Source: Flavobacteriales bacterium (lineage in GTDB: Bacteria; Bacteroidota; Bacteroidia; NS11-12g; UBA955). Taken from it: DNA of 64,000 nt. Positions within the stretch are counted from its first letter, which is position 1. Each line of letters starts with the position of its first letter. The notes under the pieces were generated by a model. That model was not told the origin of the DNA. It did no database searches and was given only the letters and a program-made list of their open reading frames with translations. The position numbers and the translations under genes were made by a program. Of this stretch, positions 48,981 through 59,200 are shown one piece after another. The stretch is taken from positions 42,056 to 106,055 of the forward strand of contig CANHRE010000002.1 in the NCBI GenBank assembly GCA_947463095.1, given 5' to 3'.

Positions 48981-49502
48981 TTGTTGCATAGCATCACCAT
49001 GCCTGAATTAATCAACGTTGATACCCCAACGCAAAAAATCGTGAACGTGGAAGTCGGAGAAGGTGTCCGTATTTTCCACTTTGTAAACCTTTACGGCTGT
49101 AAGTTGGGCGATGGCACCAAGATTGGGCCCTTTACCGAAATTCAGAAAGGGGTGAATATTGGGAAAAACTGCAAAATTTCCAGCCATTCTTTCATATGCG
49201 ATGGGGTAACCATTGAGGATGAAGTGTTCATCGGTCATGGAGTGATGTTTATCAACGATATGTTCCCGCGCAGCACCAACGAAGACGGGAGCGTTAAGTC
49301 GGAGGCAGACTGGAAGCTGGAAACCACTCATATTGAAAAAAGAGCCGCTATTGGTACCAATGCCACCATCCTTGCCGGCGTGCGCATTGGAGCGGGTGCT
49401 CTGGTGGGTGCCGGCAGTGTGGTTACCAAGGACGTAGCACCAATGACGAAAGTGGCGGGTAACCCGGCGCGGGTGATTGGGAAAGTTGGTCCCGATGAGT
49501 AA
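48981..49502 (+). CDS. hexapeptide-repeat (left-handed beta-helix) N-acetyltransferase (WbpD-like)
   Basis: Hexapeptide repeats ([LIV]G..x[LIV]) and C-terminal AGNPARVIG. 173 aa. Confidence 0.8.
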   Translation: MLHSITMPELINVDTPTQKIVNVEVGEGVRIFHFVNLYGCKLGDGTKIGPFTEIQKGVNIGKNCKISSHSFICDGVTIEDEVFIGHGVMFINDMFPRSTNEDGSVKSEADWKLETTHIEKRAAIGTNATILAGVRIGAGALVGAGSVVTKDVAPMTKVAGNPARVIGKVGPDE

Positions 49503-50226
49503 CAAGCCCCGCCAAAGCTGGACTTTGGGCATCATGTGCTACAATGAGTCCGGTAATATTGAACAGGTTGTGCGACATACCTGCAGTACGGCTGCCCTGT
49601 TGGCCGATGATTGGGAGGTCATTGTGGTTGATGATGGCAGCGCAGACGATTCTGTTCCCATCCTGAAGCGCCTGAAAGCACAAGAATTTCCCGATTTACG
49701 CATTGTTGAGCATGGCATAAATCGTGGCATTGGTGCAGCCTTGCGATCTATCTATTTCAATGCCGCCAAAGATGTGGTTGTTGCCCTTCCCGGAGATGGG
49801 CAGTTCGATGCCAATGAACTGCTGGCATATCCCTATGTGGCCATACGCACGGTAATCAGTTATTACCGAGTGGAAAATACTTCCTACAGCGTTTTCAGGA
49901 ATGGCCTGAGCTGGGTGAACAAAACGCTGAACCGCGTATTGCTGGGCATGGAGTTGAGGGATGTGAACTGGATTTTAGTGTTCCGTGCGGCAGACCTGTG
50001 CGACCTGGACCTGCGCATGCAAAGCAGTATTGTAACCAGTGAAATATGCAGCAAACTCAGGTACAAGGGTTGGCGATTCCTGGAAGTTCAGTCGCGTTAC
50101 CTTCCCAGAACGGCAGGTAAAAGCAGGGGCGCTTCACTGCGCACTATTTACCGTGCCGCGAGCGAATTGATCAGGTTGATTGCCGTTTACAGGCTGTTTC
50201 GTCGCCGTATACGCAGCACCAATTGA
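49495..50226 (+). CDS. family 2 glycosyltransferase, Dpm1/ArnC-like polyprenyl-phosphate sugar synthase candidate
   Basis: GIMCYNESGNIEQVV...VIVVDDGSADDS...RGIGAALRS are GT2-A motifs of DPM1/ArnC-type enzymes. ATGAGTAA start/stop overlap with the acetyltransferase. ~243 aa without C-terminal TM helices. Confidence 0.8.
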   Translation: MSNKPRQSWTLGIMCYNESGNIEQVVRHTCSTAALLADDWEVIVVDDGSADDSVPILKRLKAQEFPDLRIVEHGINRGIGAALRSIYFNAAKDVVVALPGDGQFDANELLAYPYVAIRTVISYYRVENTSYSVFRNGLSWVNKTLNRVLLGMELRDVNWILVFRAADLCDLDLRMQSSIVTSEICSKLRYKGWRFLEVQSRYLPRTAGKSRGASLRTIYRAASELIRLIAVYRLFRRRIRSTN

Positions 50227-50282
50227 TACTTCAAAGTGAACGGGCACAGTAGCCCAAAAAATGTTCCGATATTTGTCGCCAG

Positions 50283-51377
50283 ATGAACGTGCCATTTTTT
50301 GACCTTTCGCGTCAATACCAGATGCTCAAGCCTGAAATTCAGGATGCTTTGCAGCGGGTTATGGATCAAACGGCTTTTTCCGGTGGTCCTTTTGTAGATC
50401 GTTTTGAAGAAGAACTGGCCGCCTATACCGGTGTAAATTATGCCGTTGGGCTGAACAGCGGTACATCTGCGCTGCATCTGGCCATGTTGGTCCACGGAAT
50501 TGGACCCGGTGACGAAGTTATCGTTCCTGCCAATACTTTTATTGCCACTGCCTGGGGACCTAGTTACGCCGGGGCAACACCGGTGTTTTGCGACATTGAT
50601 CCATTAACCTGGAATATTGACCCCGAATCGGTGCGCAGTAAAATCAGCAGCCGCACCAAAGCCATTATTGGGGTACACCTCTATGGACAGCCCTGCAATC
50701 TGGACGCATTGCGCAGTATTGCGGATGAGCATGGGCTTGTGCTCATGGAAGATGGAGCTCAAAGCATTGGGGCTACCTATCGAGGACAGAAGACCATGGC
50801 CATCGGCGATATCGCAGCCACCAGCTTCTATCCAGGAAAGAATCTGGGTGCCTATGGAGAAGGTGGAGCCTTGTTTACCAACGACCAGACCGTTGCCGAG
50901 CATGCTAAATCTTTGCGCAGCCACGGATCCAAGCAGCGCTATTTCCACGATGAAATAGGATATAACTACCGCATGGAAGGATTTCAGGCGGCCGTGTTGA
51001 GCGTGAAATTACGCTACATTGATCGCTGGAATGCGCGCCGTCGCGAAGTGGCCGCACTGTATCTTGAGGATGTGAAAAATCCGAAAATCACCTTTCAGTC
51101 CCGCGAGCCAGAATCCACCGGTGTATTTCACCTAATGGTTCTAACCACTGAAAATAGGGAACACCTGCGCGATTATCTGGCAGAACAGGGGATAGGAACG
51201 GCTTTTCATTATCCCCATCCGTGTCACCTGCAGAAAGCATATGCAGACCTGGGATATAAACCGGGCAGCATTCCCAATGCCGAAGCCCAGGCCGCACACT
51301 GTCTGTCCCTGCCCATGTTTCCGGAAATAACCGATGAAGAAGCCATGGCTGTAGTGCATGCCCTGAACGCCTATTAA
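50283..51377 (+). CDS. DegT/DnrJ/EryC1/StrS-family PLP-dependent sugar aminotransferase
   Basis: 364 aa with family-typical layout (GDEVIVPANTFIATA, lysine-containing segment, C-terminal HALNAY). Confidence 0.9.
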   Translation: MNVPFFDLSRQYQMLKPEIQDALQRVMDQTAFSGGPFVDRFEEELAAYTGVNYAVGLNSGTSALHLAMLVHGIGPGDEVIVPANTFIATAWGPSYAGATPVFCDIDPLTWNIDPESVRSKISSRTKAIIGVHLYGQPCNLDALRSIADEHGLVLMEDGAQSIGATYRGQKTMAIGDIAATSFYPGKNLGAYGEGGALFTNDQTVAEHAKSLRSHGSKQRYFHDEIGYNYRMEGFQAAVLSVKLRYIDRWNARRREVAALYLEDVKNPKITFQSREPESTGVFHLMVLTTENREHLRDYLAEQGIGTAFHYPHPCHLQKAYADLGYKPGSIPNAEAQAAHCLSLPMFPEITDEEAMAVVHALNAY

Positions 51378-51480
51378 GTAGCTTGTTCCAAACCTGGAAC
51401 TATCCGTTTGGGGATAATAAATCATGGCATGGGGCAACCTTTTGAAGCATTAAAACGTTTACTTCCGTAGCAACAAGTCC

Positions 51481-53949
51481 ATGAAGCTGATCAGGCTGTT
51501 TTTCTATTTGTTCATACTGGCCTTGCCTGGCACTGTTTCAGCATCGCATGTTGTTGGTGGTGAAATTACCTACAAGCATTTGGGTAATTATAATTACGAA
51601 GTAAAGCTTTACCTGTTCATTGACTGTTTAAACGGGCAGCCGGGCGCAATTGCTGATGATGCCACAGCGCGGATTGCCGCTTTTGACGGGTCCTCAGGTG
51701 CATTGATCAGTTCTCTTTCTAGGGAAATCAACAGAACCGGACCTACCCGGGTTCAGAAGTTAAATTATAAATGTGTGCGCAATACGCCCAATCAATGTGT
51801 GGATATGTATGTGTACACCTACAACATTAATCTTCCCCAGAGAACTGGCGGCTATTTTCTGTCGTTCCAGCGTTGTTGCAGAAACCAGATTATTTCTAAC
51901 ATTTATGATCCGGGTTTCACCGGAGCAAACTATTGGACAAAAATACCGCAGGTTACAGGCGGAGTTGGTTTCAACAGCAGCCCGGTGTTTAAAGAATTGC
52001 CCCCAAACTATTTGTGTACCAATGCCTGGTTAAATTTTGACCACAGCGCTACTGATCCGGATGGTGATTCTCTGGTTTATGAATTTTTTACGCCCTATGT
52101 GGCGGCCGACCGCAATGATCCAAGGCCATCCTTCGGCAACTACGCCCGCCCGCCTTTTGACACCTTGCGCTGGATAGGTGTTTACAATTACAATTATCCC
52201 CTTGACGGCAGTCCTGCATTGAAAATAGACCGCGAAACGGGAAGGCTTACCGGCATTCCTACCCGGGAAGGACAGTTTGTAATTGGAATTAAGGTGAAGG
52301 AATACCGCAAAGGTGTATTGATCGGTGAAACCAAGCGCGATTATCAATTCTACGTGTACCGCTGCATTGTGGATGTGGTTTCAGCATTCTATGCGCCAAA
52401 CTACCAGTGTGGCTATGGGGTGCAGTTCAGCAACCAAAGTCAAGGTGGGACCAGATTCCATTGGGATTTTGGTGTTAAGGGAACCAACAGTGACACGTCG
52501 AACCTGATCAACCCCAATTTTACTTTTCCCGCTGCCGGAGTGTATCAGATTAAACTGCTTGCCTACCGAGCCAACTGTGTGGACAGCAATATGTCCACCA
52601 TCACTATTTACGAGCCCAGGAAGCCCTTCATAGGGAACGATACCCTGATATGCGGGAAATTTAGCTTCACTCTTGCCGCCAAGGAAACCTCCTTTAGCTA
52701 CCAATGGAATACCGGTCAAACCACCAGAAGCATCACCATCAGCAAGGGCGGTGTTTATTGGGTTGATAAAATTGACGGAAAGTGTCGTTGGCGCGACAGC
52801 ATCAACATCACCAACGATGTGAGCAGGGTTCGCATCAGCGGCGATACGACTATTTGTTCGGAGAAGCCCTTTACCGCGATGCTGGATGCTGGCGCCGGCT
52901 ATGTGAAATATACCTGGAACCTAGGAGCTAATACCCAAACCTACACGGCAACTAAAACCGGCATATTCTGGGTGGAAACGGTGAACAAGAATGGCTGTAT
53001 TACACGCGATTCTGCCTTTATTGACCAATACCCGGAATTGAAGCTGAACCTAACAGATACGCTCCTTTGCCCGGGAACAATGGCTATGCGTGATGCGGGA
53101 AACCCGGGAAGTTCCTATGCCTGGTCTGATGGCCAGAGTGGTCAGCAGGCGTTCTTCAGGCAGCCCGGGGCTTATGGGGTTCTGGTGCGCAAGGGTAAAT
53201 GCTCCAACTTCGCATCCTTTAACCTGAACGTGTATCCCGCCGAGCTGGACCTTGGTCCGGATACGGCATTTTGCGGACAGGTGAATAAACTGCTGAAACC
53301 CTTGGGAGGAAGGCAATTTCCATCTTACACCTGGAATGAGGCTGTCAGCAGTCCGACCTATCTGGCCGCTCTGCCTGGACTTTACCTTTTAAAGGTAATC
53401 ACCGCCAATGGATGCATAGAAGAGGATTCTATCAGGCTGGTGCTGAACCCTTTGCCTGTGGTGAATCTTCCGCCCGATACTACCGTTTGCCTTAGTACAG
53501 TGTTAATATTGGACCCCGGTTCATATGTTTCGTACCTATGGAATAATGGCAGCAGAGAAAGAATCCAACGCACTTATGTGAACGGACTGTACAGTGTTCA
53601 GGTTGCCGATATGAATGGGTGCAAGAATTCAGCGGCTACTACGGTAACAAAAAACCCTCAAAAATGGCCATCCGAGTTGTTTGTACCCAATGCCTTTACT
53701 CCTAATGGAGATGGCCTGAACGATGTATTTCCGGCTCACCGGTATCAATCAGAAGGCGGTTTTTATGATTTCAAGGTATTCAACCGCTGGGGAGAAAAGA
53801 TATGGGAAAGCAAAAATCCTTCTGAGAACTGGGATGCCACCATCAAGGGACGCATGGTGCCCGAAGGTGTTTATGTTTACCTTGTGAATTGGGTTGGCTG
53901 CGACAACCAAAGGCGCAGTGCTTCAGGCAATATCAGCGTAATGCGCTGA
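51481..53949 (+). CDS. secreted multi-beta-sandwich repeat protein with T9SS type-B C-terminal domain
   Basis: Signal peptide MKLIRLFFYLFILALPGTVSA. At least five ~85-aa repeats with Y.WN.G..T...G.Y.V.V.D.NGC. C-terminal FVPNAFTPNGDGLNDVF...GVYVYLVNW type-B sorting domain. Confidence 0.8.
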   Translation: MKLIRLFFYLFILALPGTVSASHVVGGEITYKHLGNYNYEVKLYLFIDCLNGQPGAIADDATARIAAFDGSSGALISSLSREINRTGPTRVQKLNYKCVRNTPNQCVDMYVYTYNINLPQRTGGYFLSFQRCCRNQIISNIYDPGFTGANYWTKIPQVTGGVGFNSSPVFKELPPNYLCTNAWLNFDHSATDPDGDSLVYEFFTPYVAADRNDPRPSFGNYARPPFDTLRWIGVYNYNYPLDGSPALKIDRETGRLTGIPTREGQFVIGIKVKEYRKGVLIGETKRDYQFYVYRCIVDVVSAFYAPNYQCGYGVQFSNQSQGGTRFHWDFGVKGTNSDTSNLINPNFTFPAAGVYQIKLLAYRANCVDSNMSTITIYEPRKPFIGNDTLICGKFSFTLAAKETSFSYQWNTGQTTRSITISKGGVYWVDKIDGKCRWRDSINITNDVSRVRISGDTTICSEKPFTAMLDAGAGYVKYTWNLGANTQTYTATKTGIFWVETVNKNGCITRDSAFIDQYPELKLNLTDTLLCPGTMAMRDAGNPGSSYAWSDGQSGQQAFFRQPGAYGVLVRKGKCSNFASFNLNVYPAELDLGPDTAFCGQVNKLLKPLGGRQFPSYTWNEAVSSPTYLAALPGLYLLKVITANGCIEEDSIRLVLNPLPVVNLPPDTTVCLSTVLILDPGSYVSYLWNNGSRERIQRTYVNGLYSVQVADMNGCKNSAATTVTKNPQKWPSELFVPNAFTPNGDGLNDVFPAHRYQSEGGFYDFKVFNRWGEKIWESKNPSENWDATIKGRMVPEGVYVYLVNWVGCDNQRRSASGNISVMR

Positions 53950-54376
53950 GCTTCCTGGCCACAATACGATCAATAGGAAAGGTCAGGTCAGAATCGTCCA
54001 AATGCTCCAGTGACCTCCACTGAAACTTTAATTCGTAAGACTTCCCGCCCCGTATTTCTGTTTTGTTGTTCAGGTGTTCCGGAGCAACCTCATGAACCAA
54101 ATAATACACCGACAGCACCTGCGTTTGCATATCGAAGGCGCTGGGTTGGAAAAAATCGTTGATGTAAAACAAATCAGCATGGCTGAAGGTCGCTTCCAAC
54201 TCTTCTTCAAATTCTCTTTTCAGCGCATCCTGCAATCCTTCACCAAACTCTAACCCCCCTCCCGGAAACTTCACAAATCGGAAGTCTTCGTGCCCTTCTT
54301 CACAAAGCAATACATGTCCGTCACGGATCCAGATTCCGTAAACCCGAATGGTGAAACGGACTGGTAAGGAATGCAT
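53933..54376 (-). CDS. NUDIX hydrolase
   Basis: Nudix box GGGLEFGEGLQDALKREFEEELE. 147 aa. Its 3' end overlaps the convergent upstream gene by 17 nt. Confidence 0.8.
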   Translation of the reverse strand: MHSLPVRFTIRVYGIWIRDGHVLLCEEGHEDFRFVKFPGGGLEFGEGLQDALKREFEEELEATFSHADLFYINDFFQPSAFDMQTQVLSVYYLVHEVAPEHLNNKTEIRGGKSYELKFQWRSLEHLDDSDLTFPIDRIVARKLSALR

Positions 54377-54891
54377 TAATGGTAAAGCGAGCTCATGCGC
54401 TCGTCGGCATGCACGGTGCGCATGTTGTTCACTCTGCGGATGCCATTTTTAAGCAGGCTGCTGTTGAAGTTGATAATCAGACCGAGCTTAAAGTCGCCCA
54501 GCTTCAAAAAACGAAGCAGGCGCTGAACATCCTGGTCGCTGATCTGGTCGCAGGTCATTACTTCAACCACAACTTTTTGGTCCACCAGTAAATCAAGCTG
54601 GTAGCCGTAATCCAGTTGCAGGCCTTTATAGGTAACCGGCATGGACTTGTTCTTTTCAACAGCTAATCCATTAATGCTGAGTTCATATTCCAGGCATTCC
54701 CGGTAAGCCGATTTTTGAAGTCCCGGCCCCAGAGCCTTGTGGATTTCAATGGCATAACCAATAATTCGATGGGCAAGGTCGTTTTCTGGTATATCCGGAT
54801 TCATCATAAGATCGTGATTAGTTAGTGTCATAATGTGATGGTATCTATTAGCCTCAAATTTCATGCAAACATCGCGCTCGTTCAATGACAT
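54376..54891 (-). CDS. GxxExxY-family protein
   Basis: Strong similarity in pattern to the GxxExxY family (GPGL.ES.Y...L..EL...GL.V.....P..YKG..LD.GYR.DLLV...VI.E.K). The true start is probably an internal Met giving ~130-140 aa. Its stop overlaps the NUDIX start (TAATG). Confidence 0.75.
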   Translation of the reverse strand: MSLNERDVCMKFEANRYHHIMTLTNHDLMMNPDIPENDLAHRIIGYAIEIHKALGPGLQKSAYRECLEYELSINGLAVEKNKSMPVTYKGLQLDYGYQLDLLVDQKVVVEVMTCDQISDQDVQRLLRFLKLGDFKLGLIINFNSSLLKNGIRRVNNMRTVHADERMSSLYH

Positions 54892-55176
54892 TCCTCAAGT
54901 GAGAAGCTATTTTCGTGGATATGGAACTGCTTTTAATCAGAAATAGTCTTTTTATCAATGAAGGAATGGAGTTTGAATCCGACCTGCTGTGCGAGCAGGG
55001 AAGAATGGTGCGCACAGCACCGTAAGGTATTTCATGCGATCAGGTGATAACTGTTTACGGAACTGGGAAGGCCGGAGTCAATGATGACCAGGTGCATTTC
55101 AGGGTGCCTGGGCTCAACCATAAGGCCGTCATCGCTGCTGAAAGCGCCGCTGTCGCCGCCTACGGGGTAACCTTAT

Positions 55177-56199
55177 TCATAGAAATGCGCCATCGCCTGA
55201 GGGCTGGCGTGCATAAGGCATAACATCCAGTCCGCAGAAATCCTTTCGCTGATAGGCAAGATAGCCAGCCATAGCAATCATAGCCGCATTATCGGTGCAG
55301 TATTCAAAGGAAGGGATGCAGGTAGGTAAACCGAATTCAGCACCCATTTCAACGAAAGTTTCACGCAACCTGCTGTTGGCAGAAACGCCTCCGCTGAGGG
55401 CAATGGAAGCCGGTTTCAGGTTCACAATAGCCTTGCGGGTTACTTTCAGCAGGTATTGCACCACCTGTTCCTGAAAAGAAGCACAGATGTCCGGCAAATA
55501 TTGCTCGGCAAATCCAGGAACCTGTGCTTTCAGAAAGTAGAGCAACGAAGTTTTCATGCCTGAAAAACTGAATTGGTAGTCTGGTAGTCGGGCGGTAGAG
55601 AATGTATGTGCATCAGGGCGGCCTTCCCTGGACAGCCGGTCAATAAACGGTCCACCGGGATAGGGGAGACCCAGCATTTTTGCGGCCTTATCCAATGCTT
55701 CGCCGGCAGCGTCATCAAGGGTTGAGCCGATAAGTTCCATGTTATGGTGTTCATCAACCCATATCAATTGGGTATGACCGCCACTGACCAGGAGGCACAG
55801 CATAGGTTTCGGAATTGGGTCGTGCTCAATAAAAACAGCCGATACATGTGCATGAAGGTGGTCAATACCAATTAAAGGCTTATTCAGGGCTATGGCCAGG
55901 CCTTTGGCAAAACCGGCACCCACCAGCAGGCTGCCCATCAAACCGGGACCACGGGTAAAAGCTATGGCAGAAAGTTCGTTGGCCGCAAGACCCGCCTGTG
56001 CTAAAGCCTGCTGAACCACCGGAAGGATATTGCTTTGGTGAGCCCTGCCGGCTAATTCGGGTATCACACCGCCGTACATTCGATGCACCTCCTGGCCCGC
56101 TATAATATTGGCGCGGATTTTGCCATCACAGAGCACCGCCGCCGCCGTATCATCGCAACTGCTCTCAATGGCAAGGATGTTCACAGATTCGGCTGGCAT
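55177..56199 (-). CDS. tsaD: tRNA N6-adenosine threonylcarbamoyltransferase
   Basis: [16 protein letters not shown]-terminus, Kae1/YgjD metal-binding His pair region (IDHLHAHV) and [13 protein letters not shown] motif. 340 aa. Confidence 0.9.
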   Translation of the reverse strand: MPAESVNILAIESSCDDTAAAVLCDGKIRANIIAGQEVHRMYGGVIPELAGRAHQSNILPVVQQALAQAGLAANELSAIAFTRGPGLMGSLLVGAGFAKGLAIALNKPLIGIDHLHAHVSAVFIEHDPIPKPMLCLLVSGGHTQLIWVDEHHNMELIGSTLDDAAGEALDKAAKMLGLPYPGGPFIDRLSREGRPDAHTFSTARLPDYQFSFSGMKTSLLYFLKAQVPGFAEQYLPDICASFQEQVVQYLLKVTRKAIVNLKPASIALSGGVSANSRLRETFVEMGAEFGLPTCIPSFEYCTDNAAMIAMAGYLAYQRKDFCGLDVMPYARQPSGDGAFL

Positions 56200-56235
56200 A
56201 TGTATTGAAGGATCAAGGGCTAACTTTGAACCGTA

Positions 56236-59200
56236 TTGAAGGCAAAACTAAGGAAAATACTGCTCGCACTGCTGCTGGGTCTGTTGCTGTTTGCCGGACT
56301 GGCCGTGGTATTGCTGCGAAGCAGGCCCGTACAGCAATTTGTTGCAGGTAAAATTGCCGCCTACCTCAGTAAGGAATGGCAGGTGAAGGTTGTTGTTGGG
56401 GGGCTGGAAACTGATTTTTTCCATGCAATCACCCTGGAGCGGATCCTGATCAAGGATAGGAGTCAGGATACCTTGTTTAGCTTTCGTCGCCTGCATGCAC
56501 GCATTGCTTCCATCAACACCGGTGCGCACATTGTCAGACTGAGCCTATTTGAATGTTCCAACGGACTGGTAAATCTGGGGATTCATAAAAATGACAGCGG
56601 GCAGAATATCAATTTCCTGATAGACTACTTTACCCCGAAAAAGAAAGGTACTGGGCCTAAAATTATTTGGGAGCTGCGCGCACAAAATGCGGTGCTGCGC
56701 AATATGGAATACCGGAACTTTGATGACCAGGAGCCGGCAGCAGTTCCTGGCTACTTTGACCCGTACCACCTAACTTTCAGACGCATCAACGCGCAGCTGG
56801 ATACCTTTATGCTTTATGATGATTCGATGCATTTCGGTATTCGAACCTTAAAAGCAAAGGAGCGTTCCGGACTCGTTATCAAAGATTTAAAATCACAGTG
56901 TCGGATTTCATATTACGCGATGGATTTTCTGGGATTTCGTTTATCCACGGCGCGGAGCGAAATTGGCGATACACTGCGATTCAGGTATCAGGGCTATAAA
57001 GCATTTTCCGATTTTAATGAAGCCGTTATCCTGCGTGGAAGATTGAACAACAGCCATTTGGGCCTTGCCGACCTGGGGGTTTTTCAAAGTTCCATGCGCG
57101 AACGTCCGGATGCCATCACCATCGGTACGGAGTTTAAAGGTAAATTGTCCTCGCTGCGGTTTAAGAAGATGGATATACGCTACGGAAGTCGGGGCATCAT
57201 TCAGGGTGGCTGCTCTTTAAATGGCTTGCCAGATTGGAAAAATACCTTCATCGATGCTACAGTTCAAAAATGGGAAACCAATGCAACTGATTTAGGTGTT
57301 TTACTCGGAGGTGTAAGGATACCCAGCAACCTGAATTCATTGGGCGTTTTTCATTTTACAGGCTCATTTACAGGATTCTATAATCAGTTTACAGCAAATG
57401 GGCATATGAGTGGAGCTAGTGGTGATTTGTTTCTGGATGGCCTGTCCATGAATTTCCGTGAAGGTTATAACAAAGCCCACTATGAAGGGAACTTGAGGGT
57501 AGATCAGTTCAACCTCGGTTCATTTTACAGCCTGGAACCATTGATGGGTAAGGTAAATGCGGCTGTGCATTTGCAGGGGAGCGGGCTGAACAAGGATAAT
57601 TTCAATATTCAAATACAGGGGCTTGTTTCGTCGTTTGAACTGAACAGTTCAGTACTTCGCGATGCGAAAGTGGATGGAATGCTCACGCCTTCCAGTTTTT
57701 CGGGTGATGCATCATTAAATGATCCTAAGTTGAGTTTCAACCTGAACGGAGATATTCGTTTTGCAGGTGAGCAGCCTCAATATCGTTTTACGTCTTTCGA
57801 CCTTGTTCATGCGGATTTACACGCCTTGGGTTTTGATTCCGCCTCAAGCATTCTGGCATGTTCGGGTAATTCAGACATCAGCTATAGTGCCGCCTCAGAT
57901 ATAAACGGCGCGGTGGCGCTGAACAACATTCACTGGAACCGCAGTGGTATCGATTATTTCATCCCTTACGCTCAATTCACGGCAGCTCATTCAGGCCCTG
58001 TAAGGGAATGGACCCTGCGCAGTCAGATTGGTGATGCGGGACTTCGTGGCAACTTTCACTCAGGCAATCTGGCCCCTTCCTTCAGCGGATTGTTGCACGA
58101 ACTGCTTCCCGAATTAGTTTCAGCCCCATTAAAAAAAGACACATCGGTAAAGTTCGATTATTACTTTAATCTGAGGAATGGCAAACTACCCGCTTCTTTC
58201 CTGGGTAAGCAAACTACTCTTGGTCCCATGATGCTGAAGGGCGCATATTCGGCGTTGGGAAATGCAGCCGAACTGAACAGCGAACAACCATTCTGGATAA
58301 CACTGAACGGCAACAGCCTGCGGAATATAGAAGTACATTGTTCCAAAAAACCGGCCCTCCCGCTTGAATTCAGCATCCGCTCCGATCGGTTCAGCCATGC
58401 AGGAAATACTTGGTTTCGGAACCTGAATCTGAGAGGAACCATACACCATGGGCATATGCCATTGGCATTGGACCTGCAGGATTCAACAGGAGGCAACAGC
58501 CTTTCGCTGGCCGCGGAGATGGATTTACAGCAAGACTCGATTCCGATATCGTTCCAATATGGGCGGCTCAACTGGTTCGGGTCAAAATGGGTTTTAGATA
58601 CTGTCGCCGGCATCACCTACCGCAAGGGCGATGTGGCAATCCAGAATTTCTTCCTGGGCAGTGATCGCAACTACATAGAAATGAATGGTGTAGCTGGCAT
58701 CAGCGCCGATGATGAATTGCGGGTGTCCTTTGGAAACTTTAATGTTTCAGATATTCAACCTTTCCTGGGGTCTTTTGATGATTCCTTTGCGGCAAGCCTG
58801 AACGGTACGCTCACCATGCGCGGAACTTTATCTGACGATATTTACGCTGAATGCGACATCCTTGCCACCGGAATCAGGTACAATGGGATGGACTATGGTG
58901 ATTTCAGGCTCGAAGCTTCCAGCCTTGACGTGGGCAAGCGCATCTGGCTTGACGGAATGGCAACGAAAGGCATGTTTAAAGGCGCTACCCTGCGCGGAAC
59001 TGCGGCCCGGGCCGGAGAAGATGAGGGGCCCGGCAAGCTCAACCTCGACATCAATATACCCCGGGAAACGTCGTTGCTAGGCCTCCGTCCATTCTTGGAA
59101 GGGGTGGTGGATTTGAAAAAGGGATTTCTGATGGCAAAACTTCGTGTGGAAGGAACCACAGCTCAGCCCATCCTGAAAGGCGATTTTGAAATCAGGGAAC

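Noticed and set aside
54892-55176. Possible RNase P RNA, tmRNA or tRNA in the tsaD-GxxExxY gap
   Set aside because: Only short box-like matches (GGTGCG...GCACC; CTGGGCTC..ATAAGG; GTTTGAATCCGAC), in the wrong order and without a foldable cloverleaf or acceptor stem. Kept only as a low-confidence candidate structured region.
55040-55176. ~60-codon Ala/Val-rich open frame (…[41 protein letters not shown]…) on the plus strand
   Set aside because: No start codon until near its end. Composition is that expected from a GC-rich frame. Not protein-like enough to call a pseudogene.
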